Source: a virus
Taxonomy: Duplodnaviria > Heunggongvirae > Uroviricota > Caudoviricetes
Direction: 5' to 3' (one strand)
IMG/VR virus record: IMGVR_UViG_3300028591_000092
Coordinates: 1-43,661 of that record
DNA: 43,661 nucleotides
Shown here in pieces: positions 20,011-30,321 of the stretch. A program made the translations under genes and the position numbers. Within the stretch, counting starts at the first letter, position 1. Every line of letters starts with the position of its first letter. The notes beneath the pieces were generated by a model. The model ran no database searches. It was not told where the DNA came from and was given only the letters and a program-made list of their open reading frames with translations.

Positions 20011-20386
20011 ATTACGCTCAATAGGTGCACGTAATAGAACAAGAGGGCAAGAGTATGAGCGCAAATTAGTAAATGAATTAAAAGAAATAACTGGGAATAA
20101 TAACTTATGTACTTCTAGATCTGAATCTAAAAATTTAGATAATATGAAAATAGACATTGCTGATCCTGATAAGGTTTTACCTTTTTATGTTCAAGCAAAA
20201 GCTACAAAAGCAGTTCCAACAATTAAAAAAATATTTGATGAAGTAGGTAAACAAGATCTTCCTCTTTGTATTTTTTGGAATGCTCAAGAATCTAGAACTA
20301 CAAAACAAATATCTAAGGGAGAATACTGTATAATTCCAAAATCATTTTTTTATGATTTAATAAAACAATTTTATGAACGTAAGTAA
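19997..20386 (+). CDS. PD-(D/E)XK endonuclease, Holliday junction resolvase-like
   Basis: RGQEYER...DI...VQAK. Confidence 0.7.
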   Translation: MKKSKLRSIGARNRTRGQEYERKLVNELKEITGNNNLCTSRSESKNLDNMKIDIADPDKVLPFYVQAKATKAVPTIKKIFDEVGKQDLPLCIFWNAQESRTTKQISKGEYCIIPKSFFYDLIKQFYERK

Positions 20387-21425
20387 TTATAAAGTAAAAT
20401 TTCTAAATATTTCTGGAGAAGATCTTTCTGATAAGGATTATTTTATGCGCCCTGGAATTAGTAATTCTAGATTAAAATATATTAATCCAAAAGAAGGAGG
20501 TTCTCCACAATTATATTTAGATCCTCCTAAACAAGATTTTAATCCATCATTATTATTAGGTAGCGCTATACATCAACTTATTTTACAACCAAATGAGTAT
20601 GAATTAAGTCTTTATGACAAAAAACCTTCAGGAAAATGTGGTGCTTTTATTGATCGATTATTTGAATATAGACAAAAAGGAATGTCCTTAGAGAAAGCTA
20701 TTCAAATCGCTTCTGAACAAAGTGATTATTATAAAAATAACATAACACATAATAGACTAAAAACTATTATTTCGTCTGGATTAGATTATTATTTAAAAAA
20801 GTTAAATAATAATTTTATTAGTCTTGGAAAAGAGGTAATAGTTCTTCCAAAGCAACAACTAGATACATGTGTTAAATGTTTAAATTCATTTAATAATAAT
20901 TATAATATTCAAAATATATTAAAAGATAATATATTTGATCCAAAAGAATTTTTAAATGAAATAGCTTTATTTAGTGATATTGAAGTTGTATTACCGGACA
21001 ACAAAACTGTTTCTTTGAAAATAAAAGGAAAATTTGATAGCGTTGTAATAGATCCTGAAACAAAAACAGTTTATTTAAACGATATTAAAACTACATCAAA
21101 ACCTCTTGAATATTTCATGGGAACTGTGCTGACAAATGACGATGGTATAGAAGAATCATATAACGGTGTTTTCGAAAGTAAATCATATTATAGACAACTG
21201 GCTTTATATACATTACTATTACAAATGTATTTAGATCATGTATTATATAAAGCTGACTATAATATTAAATGTAATATTTTTGCCATCGAAACCACAGGAA
21301 ATAATAGATCTCAGTTATTTAGAATAAATAATTCCTATATTCAATATGGAATAAAGGAATTTAAAGAATTAATTTGCCGCGTGGCATATTGTGAAGTTTA
21401 TGGCTACAACTCAGAACCCGTTTAA
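20373..21425 (+). CDS. PD-(D/E)XK exonuclease (RecE/ExoVIII-like)
   Basis: ISNSRL, LGSAIH, KGKFD, DIKTT, YYRQLALY. Confidence 0.88.
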   Translation: MNVSNYKVKFLNISGEDLSDKDYFMRPGISNSRLKYINPKEGGSPQLYLDPPKQDFNPSLLLGSAIHQLILQPNEYELSLYDKKPSGKCGAFIDRLFEYRQKGMSLEKAIQIASEQSDYYKNNITHNRLKTIISSGLDYYLKKLNNNFISLGKEVIVLPKQQLDTCVKCLNSFNNNYNIQNILKDNIFDPKEFLNEIALFSDIEVVLPDNKTVSLKIKGKFDSVVIDPETKTVYLNDIKTTSKPLEYFMGTVLTNDDGIEESYNGVFESKSYYRQLALYTLLLQMYLDHVLYKADYNIKCNIFAIETTGNNRSQLFRINNSYIQYGIKEFKELICRVAYCEVYGYNSEPV

Positions 21426-21783
21426 AGATTTAGATGCTGAAGGCAAAAACACAATTTTTATGCAATTATTTTCACTTGGTACAAATTTAAATCAAAGTAT
21501 TGATGATAAATTTGAACTATTGAAGTTAATTTGTTTTCTTTCATATAAAATGAAAGAGAAAGATCCTTTAAAATTCAAAACAACATTAAGTGTTCTTCAG
21601 CATTTATATGGCAGAAACTTCGTAGAAAAAACAGGAGAAGACTATTATCTTATTAGTCTTTCAATTATTTGCGATGATTTGTTATATGGTATTAAAGATA
21701 TTAAAAAGCCTGATGGTTTCACTAATATGAGTGAAATTTGTGCTAGAATTAAAGATCTAGTTAGTCAATGGATGCCTTTTTAA
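21400..21783 (+). CDS. Hypothetical protein
   Basis: ORF track; ATG 21400. Confidence 0.7.
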   Translation: MATTQNPFKDLDAEGKNTIFMQLFSLGTNLNQSIDDKFELLKLICFLSYKMKEKDPLKFKTTLSVLQHLYGRNFVEKTGEDYYLISLSIICDDLLYGIKDIKKPDGFTNMSEICARIKDLVSQWMPF

Positions 21784-21786
21784 TAA

Positions 21787-22719
21787 ATGTTTAACGAACA
21801 AAATATAGATTTTATAGTAGACCAAGCATTTGAAGATGCTTCTATGGAGCATTCTGATTATTTAGAAAGTACTCCTTTCTCTATTTGGATAGCAGATGGG
21901 GATAAATATTCGCCAGCCGTTAGTATTACAAAAGCAGATAAACTGCCTAGCGGTGTTTATAAAGTAGGATATCAAAATGATAATTATGTTGTTACAAAAA
22001 TAACTATAAATGGTGACGAAATATTTACATTTACTACTAATTTTACTAGCAAAATATTAGAAGAATTAAAATCATTTTGGTCAAAAGCCGAACTTTATAA
22101 ACAAAATAATATAATTCACAAAAGAGGAATGCTATTAATGGGGGGGCCAGGATGTGGTAAAACATCATTGGTTACATTATTGATCCAACAATTACAGGAA
22201 CAAGACGGAATTGTTTTTTTAGTTAATAATTATAAAGATTTTACTATTTTAAATGATTGCCTTAATCCTGTAATTAGAAAAATAGAACCAGATAGACCTA
22301 TTATTACAATTATTGAAGACGTTGATAAAATGTTACAAGAAAATGGTGAGAATGATGCAGAATTATTAAATTTTCTTGATGGAAAGAATTCTATTAATCA
22401 TCATGTTGTAATAATGACGTCAAATAATACTAGTGGTCTGTCAGAAGCGTTATTAAGACCATCAAGAATTGACATGCATTTTGAAATTACACCCCCAGAC
22501 GAAAATGTTAGAAAAGAATATTTTCAAAAAAAAGGAGTTGAAGAAAGTAAAATTGATGGTTTTGTTGCTGCTTCAAAAGGACTATCTTTTGCTGAATTAA
22601 AAGAAGTATTTATTGGTACTCAAATTCTTGGTAAACCATTAAAACAAGTAATCAATAGATTAAAAAATCCATTAAGTAATAAAGATTATTTAACAACTTC
22701 TAAAAATTTAGGATATTAA
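21787..22719 (+). CDS. AAA+ ATPase
   Basis: GGPGCGKT, IIEDVD, TSNN, LLRPSRID. Confidence 0.92.
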   Translation: MFNEQNIDFIVDQAFEDASMEHSDYLESTPFSIWIADGDKYSPAVSITKADKLPSGVYKVGYQNDNYVVTKITINGDEIFTFTTNFTSKILEELKSFWSKAELYKQNNIIHKRGMLLMGGPGCGKTSLVTLLIQQLQEQDGIVFLVNNYKDFTILNDCLNPVIRKIEPDRPIITIIEDVDKMLQENGENDAELLNFLDGKNSINHHVVIMTSNNTSGLSEALLRPSRIDMHFEITPPDENVRKEYFQKKGVEESKIDGFVAASKGLSFAELKEVFIGTQILGKPLKQVINRLKNPLSNKDYLTTSKNLGY

Positions 22720-23345
22720 TGGATAAATTAAAAATTATTGAATGTCATGGGTATTCTCGTGAAGAGGCCTTTAAGGATTTAAAGTTTGACCCTGCGTGTG
22801 CTGCTATAAGAGGAAATAATGCAACTCAAGCATGGGTTAAATATGGTAAGCCTATTCCAGGAACTGCAGCTTTTAACAGATTTGTTTCTCAGCAGTTAAT
22901 GGAAAAAACAAAATGTGTTCCAGGATTAGGATTACATATTGTTTTAGAGCAACCTATACAAGATACTCGTAAAAGACCTTATACGTTAATAAATATGATA
23001 AATAAAGGAAAGAGAAATTGGGTATTAAAATATCAAATTAGACAAGATGATATATTCATTAATTCTCTTCCTAATAAAAGTATAGATTATGACGGAACAC
23101 TAATTTCTGATGGAGATGTATTAGATATTAGTGTATCAAAGATAGGATCTGTTATTGATATATGTGATAGTAAATCTGAAGCTCTTGCAAAGGCAAAGCA
23201 AAAGACTACTGAAACACATAAAAATTATTCTATTATACCAATTAAAGTACCAGATAAAACTCCTATATCTGCATTTAGTTTATATACCCCTGCTAGTAAA
23301 ACAAAAGAGGGAATATATATAGCATTTGGTATTGATAGAGACTAA
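22719..23345 (+). CDS. Hypothetical protein
   Basis: ORF track; coupled. Confidence 0.75.
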   Translation: MDKLKIIECHGYSREEAFKDLKFDPACAAIRGNNATQAWVKYGKPIPGTAAFNRFVSQQLMEKTKCVPGLGLHIVLEQPIQDTRKRPYTLINMINKGKRNWVLKYQIRQDDIFINSLPNKSIDYDGTLISDGDVLDISVSKIGSVIDICDSKSEALAKAKQKTTETHKNYSIIPIKVPDKTPISAFSLYTPASKTKEGIYIAFGIDRD

Positions 23346-23351
23346 TATTAT

Positions 23352-24698
23352 ATGAATATAGTAGAATTAGTTAGAAATGGTGCTCCTTTCGTAAGCCAAT
23401 TAACTCATCTTGATAGTAATAAAATATCTGAATATAGAATCATCACTGATACGAATACTTTTACAATGTCTAGAGAACAAGTAGAATTGTTATATAGATA
23501 TTATGTACGTGATGGATATGATTTAAGTATAAGAGATATTGCGTCTTATTTTTCATTATTTTCTGCTTCAGATTTAGCAAGAATAAGACAAGCTTTTACA
23601 AATACATTTGGATTAAGAAAGGAAGATACAATAATTACTCCTCATGAAGTAGAAGAATATTCTACAGAGGATTTAGAGTATATTATTGCTGAATTTGTTA
23701 AAAATAAAAAACTTCTTGATGTTAAAAATAATCTTCCAGAAGTTCTTACAAAAATAATTGAAGAACAACAAGAAGAAATTTTAGCATTAAAAGATTATAA
23801 ATCAATCATTTTAGAGGGGTTTCAAGATGTTCCTTTCACTGTACCACAAATTATTTCTACCCCTAGTAATCGTTCACTTGCTATATGGTTAGCTGATATG
23901 CATATAGGATGTCAAGTTACATATCCAGGGGCTGTTCTTAATGAAAATATAGGTTGGAATAATGATATGGTAATAGAAAGATTAAATATTCTTTTATCAA
24001 CAATATCTCAATTAGGACATTTTGATGAAATTTGGGTATTTAATTTAGGAGATGCCATTGATGGTATGGATGGAACAACATCTAGAAGAGACGTACACCT
24101 TCCTCAAAATATGAATAATTCCGAAATGGCAAGAAATTATAGACAAGATATTAATTATCTTTTCGATACTATGATTAGTAATAATATGGCTAATAGGTAT
24201 TATTTTAGAACTGTAAGTCAATCTAATCATGGTGGAGATTTCGAGGCTCAAGCTAGTGAATTTCTTGTTGAACAATTACGTCATAAAGGAATAAATTCAT
24301 ATATGGCTGAAACAGCTTTCGATATATGTACTATTAAAGGAACCCCTATAGTATATGGCCATGGTAAGGATAATCATTACCAAATGAGACCATTAAGTGA
24401 GCGTCTTGATACAAGAACTAAAAATTATGTAGATTCTTTGATAAGAGCTAAAGGCCTTTCTAGTTATTTTGGAAAAATTCTTGTTGTAAAAGGAGACTCA
24501 CATCAATATAATATTTCTGGGTGTGCTGATTATACATATATATCTGTAGGTAGTTTATTTGGAAGTAGTGAGTGGGCACAGTCTAATTTTCCATGTAGAG
24601 GATGGGAAATTAATTTCAGTATATTTGATAATAATAATATTTTACATGGATCAGTAAGAGATAATAATACGTACACTTCAAATATACAGTTTAATTAA
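23352..24698 (+). CDS. Metallophosphoesterase/nuclease with N-terminal helical domain
   Basis: ADMHIG, LGDAIDG, SNHG, GHG, GDSHQ. Confidence 0.82.
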   Translation: MNIVELVRNGAPFVSQLTHLDSNKISEYRIITDTNTFTMSREQVELLYRYYVRDGYDLSIRDIASYFSLFSASDLARIRQAFTNTFGLRKEDTIITPHEVEEYSTEDLEYIIAEFVKNKKLLDVKNNLPEVLTKIIEEQQEEILALKDYKSIILEGFQDVPFTVPQIISTPSNRSLAIWLADMHIGCQVTYPGAVLNENIGWNNDMVIERLNILLSTISQLGHFDEIWVFNLGDAIDGMDGTTSRRDVHLPQNMNNSEMARNYRQDINYLFDTMISNNMANRYYFRTVSQSNHGGDFEAQASEFLVEQLRHKGINSYMAETAFDICTIKGTPIVYGHGKDNHYQMRPLSERLDTRTKNYVDSLIRAKGLSSYFGKILVVKGDSHQYNISGCADYTYISVGSLFGSSEWAQSNFPCRGWEINFSIFDNNNILHGSVRDNNTYTSNIQFN

Positions 24699-24699
24699 T

Positions 24700-25455
24700 A
24701 TGATAGAAAATTTACAAACTGTATTGTTCGGAAAGGCTGTAGATATAAAAGGAAAACATTTTTTATCTACTGCTGCTTATCTACAGCCTTTTATAGACCG
24801 TTTAAAGCCATTTAATGTTGAGTTTTCATGTAATGTCAAACTTCCAGATGTTATTACAATAAATGATTCCTCAGAAGCAAATATAACTTATACTAGAGTA
24901 AGCATTAGTGCAATATTCCCCAAAGAACCAGATAGACAATACAGAAAAATCTTAACCATGTCTTATGGATTGGATATTAAAGTACCTCTTGTAAAATTTT
25001 ATGTTGGCGCTTTATTAGATGATAATTCATTTGTTGCCTTTGATAAAGAAGCTATAAGTATTCAAGAATTAGAACCTGATACTCCAATTAATTATTCTCC
25101 TATTAGAACATTATTAGAAAAATCTGATAATATCAATACTATGATTACTTCTTTACAAAATGTATATATTCATAAAGATTTATTTCAAAAGTATTTAGGA
25201 GAATGGATTGATTTTACTATTGATGCTTGTTATATAAATCCTTGTGGCAAAGTTAAGCTTGCATCTACTATGCCAATTGATGTTTATAAAATGATTATTA
25301 AAGATTCTTCTTCTGATTTTTATATTCATGATGATTTTGATATAAGTATATTTGATGTCTATAATGCTTTTTTGACTTTAATCAGAGATGACGATAAAGA
25401 CATAATTAATAGATTTGAGAAAACATTTCTAGTAGATATGTTATTAAAGTTATAA
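24700..25455 (+). CDS. Hypothetical protein
   Basis: 251-aa ORF; a resemblance to DUF932-like proteins is tentative. Confidence 0.7.
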   Translation: MIENLQTVLFGKAVDIKGKHFLSTAAYLQPFIDRLKPFNVEFSCNVKLPDVITINDSSEANITYTRVSISAIFPKEPDRQYRKILTMSYGLDIKVPLVKFYVGALLDDNSFVAFDKEAISIQELEPDTPINYSPIRTLLEKSDNINTMITSLQNVYIHKDLFQKYLGEWIDFTIDACYINPCGKVKLASTMPIDVYKMIIKDSSSDFYIHDDFDISIFDVYNAFLTLIRDDDKDIINRFEKTFLVDMLLKL

Positions 25456-25518
25456 TGTTCCACTCTTTTATAAAATATAAAGACACTTAAAACTTTTTTT
25501 ATAAAAATTTCATTTTTA

Positions 25519-25550
25519 TTTGTTTTTATGAAAAAAATTTATTATCTTTG
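25519..25550 (+). promoter_or_regulatory. Bacteroidota primary-sigma promoter upstream of nrdD
   Basis: TTTG (25519-22), 20-nt spacer, TATCTTTG (25543-50): matches the -33/-7 consensus in a non-coding gap. Confidence 0.75.
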
Positions 25551-25583
25551 TACTTTATTTCGCTAATTTAAAAATGATATTAT

Positions 25584-28500
25584 ATGAAAGTAGTTAAAAG
25601 AGATGGAAAAATAGTTGATTTCCAACCTGAAAAAATAAAGAAAGCAATTGAAAATTGTTTTCAACAGATAGAAACAAATCATCTAGCTTTTGAAGTAGAA
25701 GAAATTGTTGTAAATGAATTAAATTCTTGGCAAAGAGACGCCGTTACAGTAGAAGAAATTCAAGATCTTGCTGAAGATGTTTTAATGAGTCTTGATGAAT
25801 ATGAAGCAGCTAAAGCTTTCATTCTTTATAGAGAAAGACATAAAACAATTCGAGACTATGTTCAAAATAAAATCGATTTCATTTCTAAATATAAGAAAGC
25901 TTCTAACACCGCTAATGCTACTGTTGATGATAATTCTAATGTTAGTAATCGGAATGTTGCTGTAATTAACGCTGAAATTCACAAACCTGATAATATTGAA
26001 ATTAATCGAGGGATGGTAATGCATAAGCTAAAAGAATTGTATCCTGATTTTGATAATAAACAATATATTCGGGATCTTGAAAGTCATATAATTTATAAAC
26101 ACGATGAGAGTTCTTTCTCTGGTGCTATTGCTCCTTATTGTTGTTCTATATCAATGTATCCTTTCTTAACAAGTGGTATAGAAGGTATTGGAGGATTGTC
26201 TGCTGCTCCTAAGAATATTGATTCTTTCTGCGGTATGTATGTAAATCTTATATTTGCTACAGCATCACAGTTTGCTGGTGCAGTTGCCACTTCTGAGTTT
26301 CTTTTGTACTTTGATTACTTCGCAAGAAAAGAGTGGGGAAATAATTATTATACCCATTCTGATGAAGTAGTTACTAATAGTCTTGTCTGCAACAGAGAGA
26401 AGACTATTAAGAAACAAATTCATCAGTATTTTCAACAGGTTATTTACAGTATAAATCAACCTGCCGCAGCAAGAGGAATGCAAAGTGCTTTTGTAAACTT
26501 CTCGTATTTCGATAAACCATTTTTCGAAGGAATGTTTGGTAATTTCTATTTTCCTGATGGAACACAACCAGACTGGGACTCGTTAAATTGGATTCAAAAA
26601 GAATTCATGATGTGGTTTAATAATGAAAGATTGCGCTGCTTATTAACATTTCCTGTAGAATCTTTTGCTCTTGTTTATAAAGATGGAAAATTTGTAGATC
26701 AAGAATCTGCAGATTTTGTAGCAGAAGAATATGCAAGAGGACATAGTTTCTTTACATATATTAGCGATACTGTAGACAGTCTTTCGTCATGTTGTCGTTT
26801 AAAAAATAAAGTTCAAACTAAAGAATTTAATTTTACAAATGGAAACATAGGAGTCGAGACAGGTTCTAAATCAGTTATTACTCTTAACCTAAATAGGATT
26901 GTACAAGACAGTTACAACGAGTGGATCATGAAATTCTCTAATGGAGCCCCTGATGAACTAAAAGAGGCATTCAAAAAAGACTATAATATGCTTACTACTC
27001 ATCTCAAACCAATCCTTGAACGAGTTTATAAATATCATACAGCTTATAATGAACTCTTATGGGACATGTACGATTCTAATCTTCTTCCTGTATATAAAGC
27101 TGGATTTATTGATTTAAATAAACAATATCTTACAATTGGAATTAATGGTTTAAATCAAGCTGCCGAATTCTTAGGAATTAGATGTTCTGATAATAAAGAA
27201 TATGAAGAATTTTGTCAATTTATATTTGGAATTATTAAACAAAGCAACGAAAACAGTAAATGTAAATTTAATGGGCATCAGTTGACTTTTAATACCGAAT
27301 GTGTTCCAGCTGAAAGTCTTGCTATTAAAAATTACAATTGGGATAAAGCAGATAATTACTGGGTTCCCTCTGATACTAATCTTTATGCATCTTATATCTA
27401 TAAACCAAATGATCCTACTACATCTGTATTGGAAAAAATTAGAATGCACGGATCTAGATTCATAGGCGATTTTTTGGATGGTAGACATTTCTGCCTGTTA
27501 TACCTTTTCGCTTAATCAAGCGGGTATTATTTATTTAATAATGCTAACGGTGGAGCCTAAACTGGAAACAGCATGGTAATACCGTGGGAAAATAATTATA
27601 TTATGTTAATTTATAAAATTACAAATCTTATCAACAGTAAGGTATACATCGGCCTTACAACTCTCTCTTTAAATAAACGATGGATATCTCATAAAGCTAA
27701 TTGTAATAGAGGTAACTAGAAGCATCTATATAAAGCTATGAGAAAATATGGTATTGAAAATTTCATCATAGAAGAAATAGACACTACCAACGATATTGTA
27801 AAACTTGGAGAATTAGAAAGGTACTACATTAAACTTTATGATTCTCAAAACCCAGATAAAGGGTATAACAATACAGCAGGAGGAGAAAAAAATCAATTAG
27901 ATGCCAATCCTCGTGCTACGCTAACTGTTGATGAAGTAATTCAAATAAGAGAAATATATTCTAGTTGTGAAATTACTTGTAAACAATGTTGGTAGATATA
28001 TAAATCAAAAATATCTTTCTCTGCATTCTAGAAAATATGGGAAGGAACAACATGGAAAGATATTAACTTTGAAGTTTATACAGAAGAAAACAAAAGTTGG
28101 CATCAAAAGCAAACGCAATTATGTGGAGAGAATAATCCGTTTGCATTATATAAAGATTTGGAAGTTTTAGAAATAAGAAAATACTACGTAAATCATTCGC
28201 TTACTGAGTGCTATAAAAAGTTTGGCTAGAACTGTAAATCAAAAGCTTCTTTTAGAAACTTAATTGATAGAGGGTATCAAACTATTCCAAGGTACTTAAA
28301 GAATGAGAAAAAGTGGATTTTCAAAGGAAAAGAAATTAACATAAATGATTATAAACCTGTATCGACTATCTCCGAATCGGGAGAGTAGGTTTGCTATTGA
28401 TACGCAAATCGAAATGGGTATTGTGGTATTAATACCACTAAGATATAGTCAGTGCGTATAGAAATATACGATTGCACGGGAAGTGCAGCTCATATAAATC

Positions 28501-28769
28501 TTTCTGAACACTTGTCTAAGAAACAATATCAGATGCTTCTTGAATATGCTGCTAAAGAAGGGTGCCAATACTTCACATTTAATATTCCTAACTGTGAGTG
28601 TGATGATTGTGGTTATATAGCAAAACAACCATTTACAGTATGTCCTAAATGTGGCAGTACACATGTAAGCCTATGGGATCGTATTATTGGTTATCTTACC
28701 AAGATTAAGAATTGGTCTGAAGGAAGACAGATAGAACAAAAAACTAGAATTTATTCAAAAGAAGTATGA
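25584..28769 (+). CDS. nrdD: Anaerobic ribonucleotide reductase, join(25584..27482,28479..28769), 729 aa
   Basis: ATP cone VVKRDG; IYKHD; PYCC; SSCCRL. Splicing restores LDG/GSAAHINL. CxxC...CxxC and glycyl-radical motif RIIGYL follow. Confidence 0.95.
27483..28478 (+). mobile_element. Group I intron (996 nt) in nrdD carrying a homing endonuclease
   Basis: P1 GGT|AGA-CATT-TCTGCC with U-G; R element GTATCGACTA; S element AAGATATAGTC; P9 CGTATA-GAAA-TATACG; terminal G. Confidence 0.93.
27603..28400 (+). CDS. GIY-YIG homing endonuclease, TAG-recoded (265 aa)
   Basis: MLIYKITN...VYIGLT...RW..H...E..YI...GYN. One frame with TAG at 27717, 27993, 28029, 28227, 28386 and no TAA/TGA until 28398. Confidence 0.85.
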
Positions 28770-28909
28770 TAGATGCTAAATTTGTAAATAAAATAGGGGT
28801 GTGCATAAAAGATAGGCCAATTGAAGATTGGATTAAATTTCTTGGAGATTCTTATTCCGTAGATGAAATTAAAATCATAAAAGCAAAGATTCATTCTAAA
28901 GAAGTATGA
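28766..28909 (+). CDS. Small hypothetical protein (47 aa)
   Basis: ATGA overlaps at both ends. Confidence 0.5.
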   Translation: MIDAKFVNKIGVCIKDRPIEDWIKFLGDSYSVDEIKIIKAKIHSKEV

Positions 28910-29220
28910 GTATATTAGCAGAAGAATTAATAGAATATATAAATGAAGGTTTATCAGAAGTATTTTTAAAAACAGAAGATACTGTAAATTTAAAATTTCA
29001 TGATTTTGTTGAAGATCATGATAATTACGTAGTTGCTGAATTTTATGGAGGTATCAATGGTTTGGGAAATTGGGCAAACTACTTAACAGCAATTACTGAA
29101 GTAGTTACAATTTTAAATTCTGACTACAAATGTTGGTTAGTAGATCTTCATAATGATTGTTTAGATGATGTATTCTATTTAAAATTAGGAATTCAACAAA
29201 ATGATAATAGAAGTAACTAA
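28906..29220 (+). CDS. Acidic hypothetical protein
   Basis: ORF track. Confidence 0.65.
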   Translation: MSILAEELIEYINEGLSEVFLKTEDTVNLKFHDFVEDHDNYVVAEFYGGINGLGNWANYLTAITEVVTILNSDYKCWLVDLHNDCLDDVFYLKLGIQQNDNRSN

Positions 29221-29497
29221 AGACAATCCGATAGTACTTGGAAAAAATCCAGTACTATTGGATTTTTATGCAGAATGGTGCGGACCGTGCAAATTAACAA
29301 AAAAGCACCTTGAAGAATATTGTGAAGAACACCCAGATCTTATAATATATAAAATTAATGTTGACGAGCAACCGGATTTTACAGAAACATTTAATGTTAT
29401 AAATTTACCAACATTAATATATACCACATTAGATGATGTTCTTTGGAGACATATAGGTCTTATGACTAAAAAACAATTAGAAGAAAAATTGTCATGA
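29201..29497 (+). CDS. trxA: Thioredoxin
   Basis: DFYAEWCGPCK, INVDE, LPT. Confidence 0.95.
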   Translation: MIIEVTKDNPIVLGKNPVLLDFYAEWCGPCKLTKKHLEEYCEEHPDLIIYKINVDEQPDFTETFNVINLPTLIYTTLDDVLWRHIGLMTKKQLEEKLS

Positions 29498-29667
29498 CAG
29501 TAAAAGAACTAATTGAAGAATTATCATATTTTGATCAAGACCTAGAGATTGCCCTTTGGGACGGATATGCTGGTACAGCTCAGCAAATTGGATCAATTTA
29601 TGTAAACGAAAAAGATCCAATGTACCCTGAAGATATGGTTTGGATTGAAGGAGGGCAATTAGTATGA
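29494..29667 (+). CDS. Small hypothetical protein (MTVKELIEEL type)
   Basis: Hand-translated 57 aa; ATGA coupling. Confidence 0.6.
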   Translation: MTVKELIEELSYFDQDLEIALWDGYAGTAQQIGSIYVNEKDPMYPEDMVWIEGGQLV

Positions 29668-29825
29668 CAGTACAAGAATTAATTGATAAATTAAAGCAAA
29701 TTCCTTCAAACGCTATTGTTGGAGAATATGTAAACAAAGAAACAAGGTTTTCAGATTATATTGAATTCAAACCTTATAATACAGTGGATTATAGAAATTC
29801 TGAGAATAAAGTATTTATTTATTAA
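29664..29825 (+). CDS. Small hypothetical protein (MTVQELIDKL type)
   Basis: Hand-translated 53 aa; ATGA coupling. Confidence 0.6.
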   Translation: MTVQELIDKLKQIPSNAIVGEYVNKETRFSDYIEFKPYNTVDYRNSENKVFIY

Positions 29826-29832
29826 TGTGTTT

Positions 29833-30321
29833 ATGTTAAAATATACAACAACAGAAGTTACATTTAGAGAAATTCCTGATGAAATTACTCTTTGTATAAA
29901 TATCTCAGGATGCCCTATACATTGTCCAGATTGTCATTCTAAAGAACTTTGGCAAGATATTGGAGAAATCCTTTACCCAGATACTTTATTGCGTCTAATC
30001 GAAGAAAATAAGGGTATAACATGCGTTTGTTTTATGGGAGGGGATTCTGATATTAATGAACTTATAAAATTAACAACTCTTATTAAAAATACATATGGTG
30101 AAGACTTAGCAGTTGCTTGGTATTCTGGCCAAAATAAAATTTATAATATTTTTGATTATGTTAAAATAGGTTCGTATAAAAAAGAATGTGGTAGTTTGGA
30201 TGTTCCAACAACAAATCAACGACTGTTTAAATCAAATTTCAATGAAATAAATAATGATTTATTCTGGTGCTGGGAAGACATAACTTATAAATTTTGGAGA
30301 AATGACACAAATAGTAATTAA
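29833..30321 (+). CDS. nrdG: Anaerobic RNR activating enzyme (radical SAM)
   Basis: GCPIHCPDCHS (CxxxCxxC), FMGGD, YSG, TTNQR; ATG 29833. Confidence 0.92.
   Translation: MLKYTTTEVTFREIPDEITLCINISGCPIHCPDCHSKELWQDIGEILYPDTLLRLIEENKGITCVCFMGGDSDINELIKLTTLIKNTYGEDLAVAWYSGQNKIYNIFDYVKIGSYKKECGSLDVPTTNQRLFKSNFNEINNDLFWCWEDITYKFWRNDTNSN

Noticed and set aside
27738-28170. Separate ORFs 27738..27995 and 27967..28170
   Set aside because: The first is a fragment of the recoded endonuclease; the second is an off-frame shadow.
28452-28478. Independent start of an nrdD C-terminal gene
   Set aside because: These bases form intron P9 and the 3' splice site.
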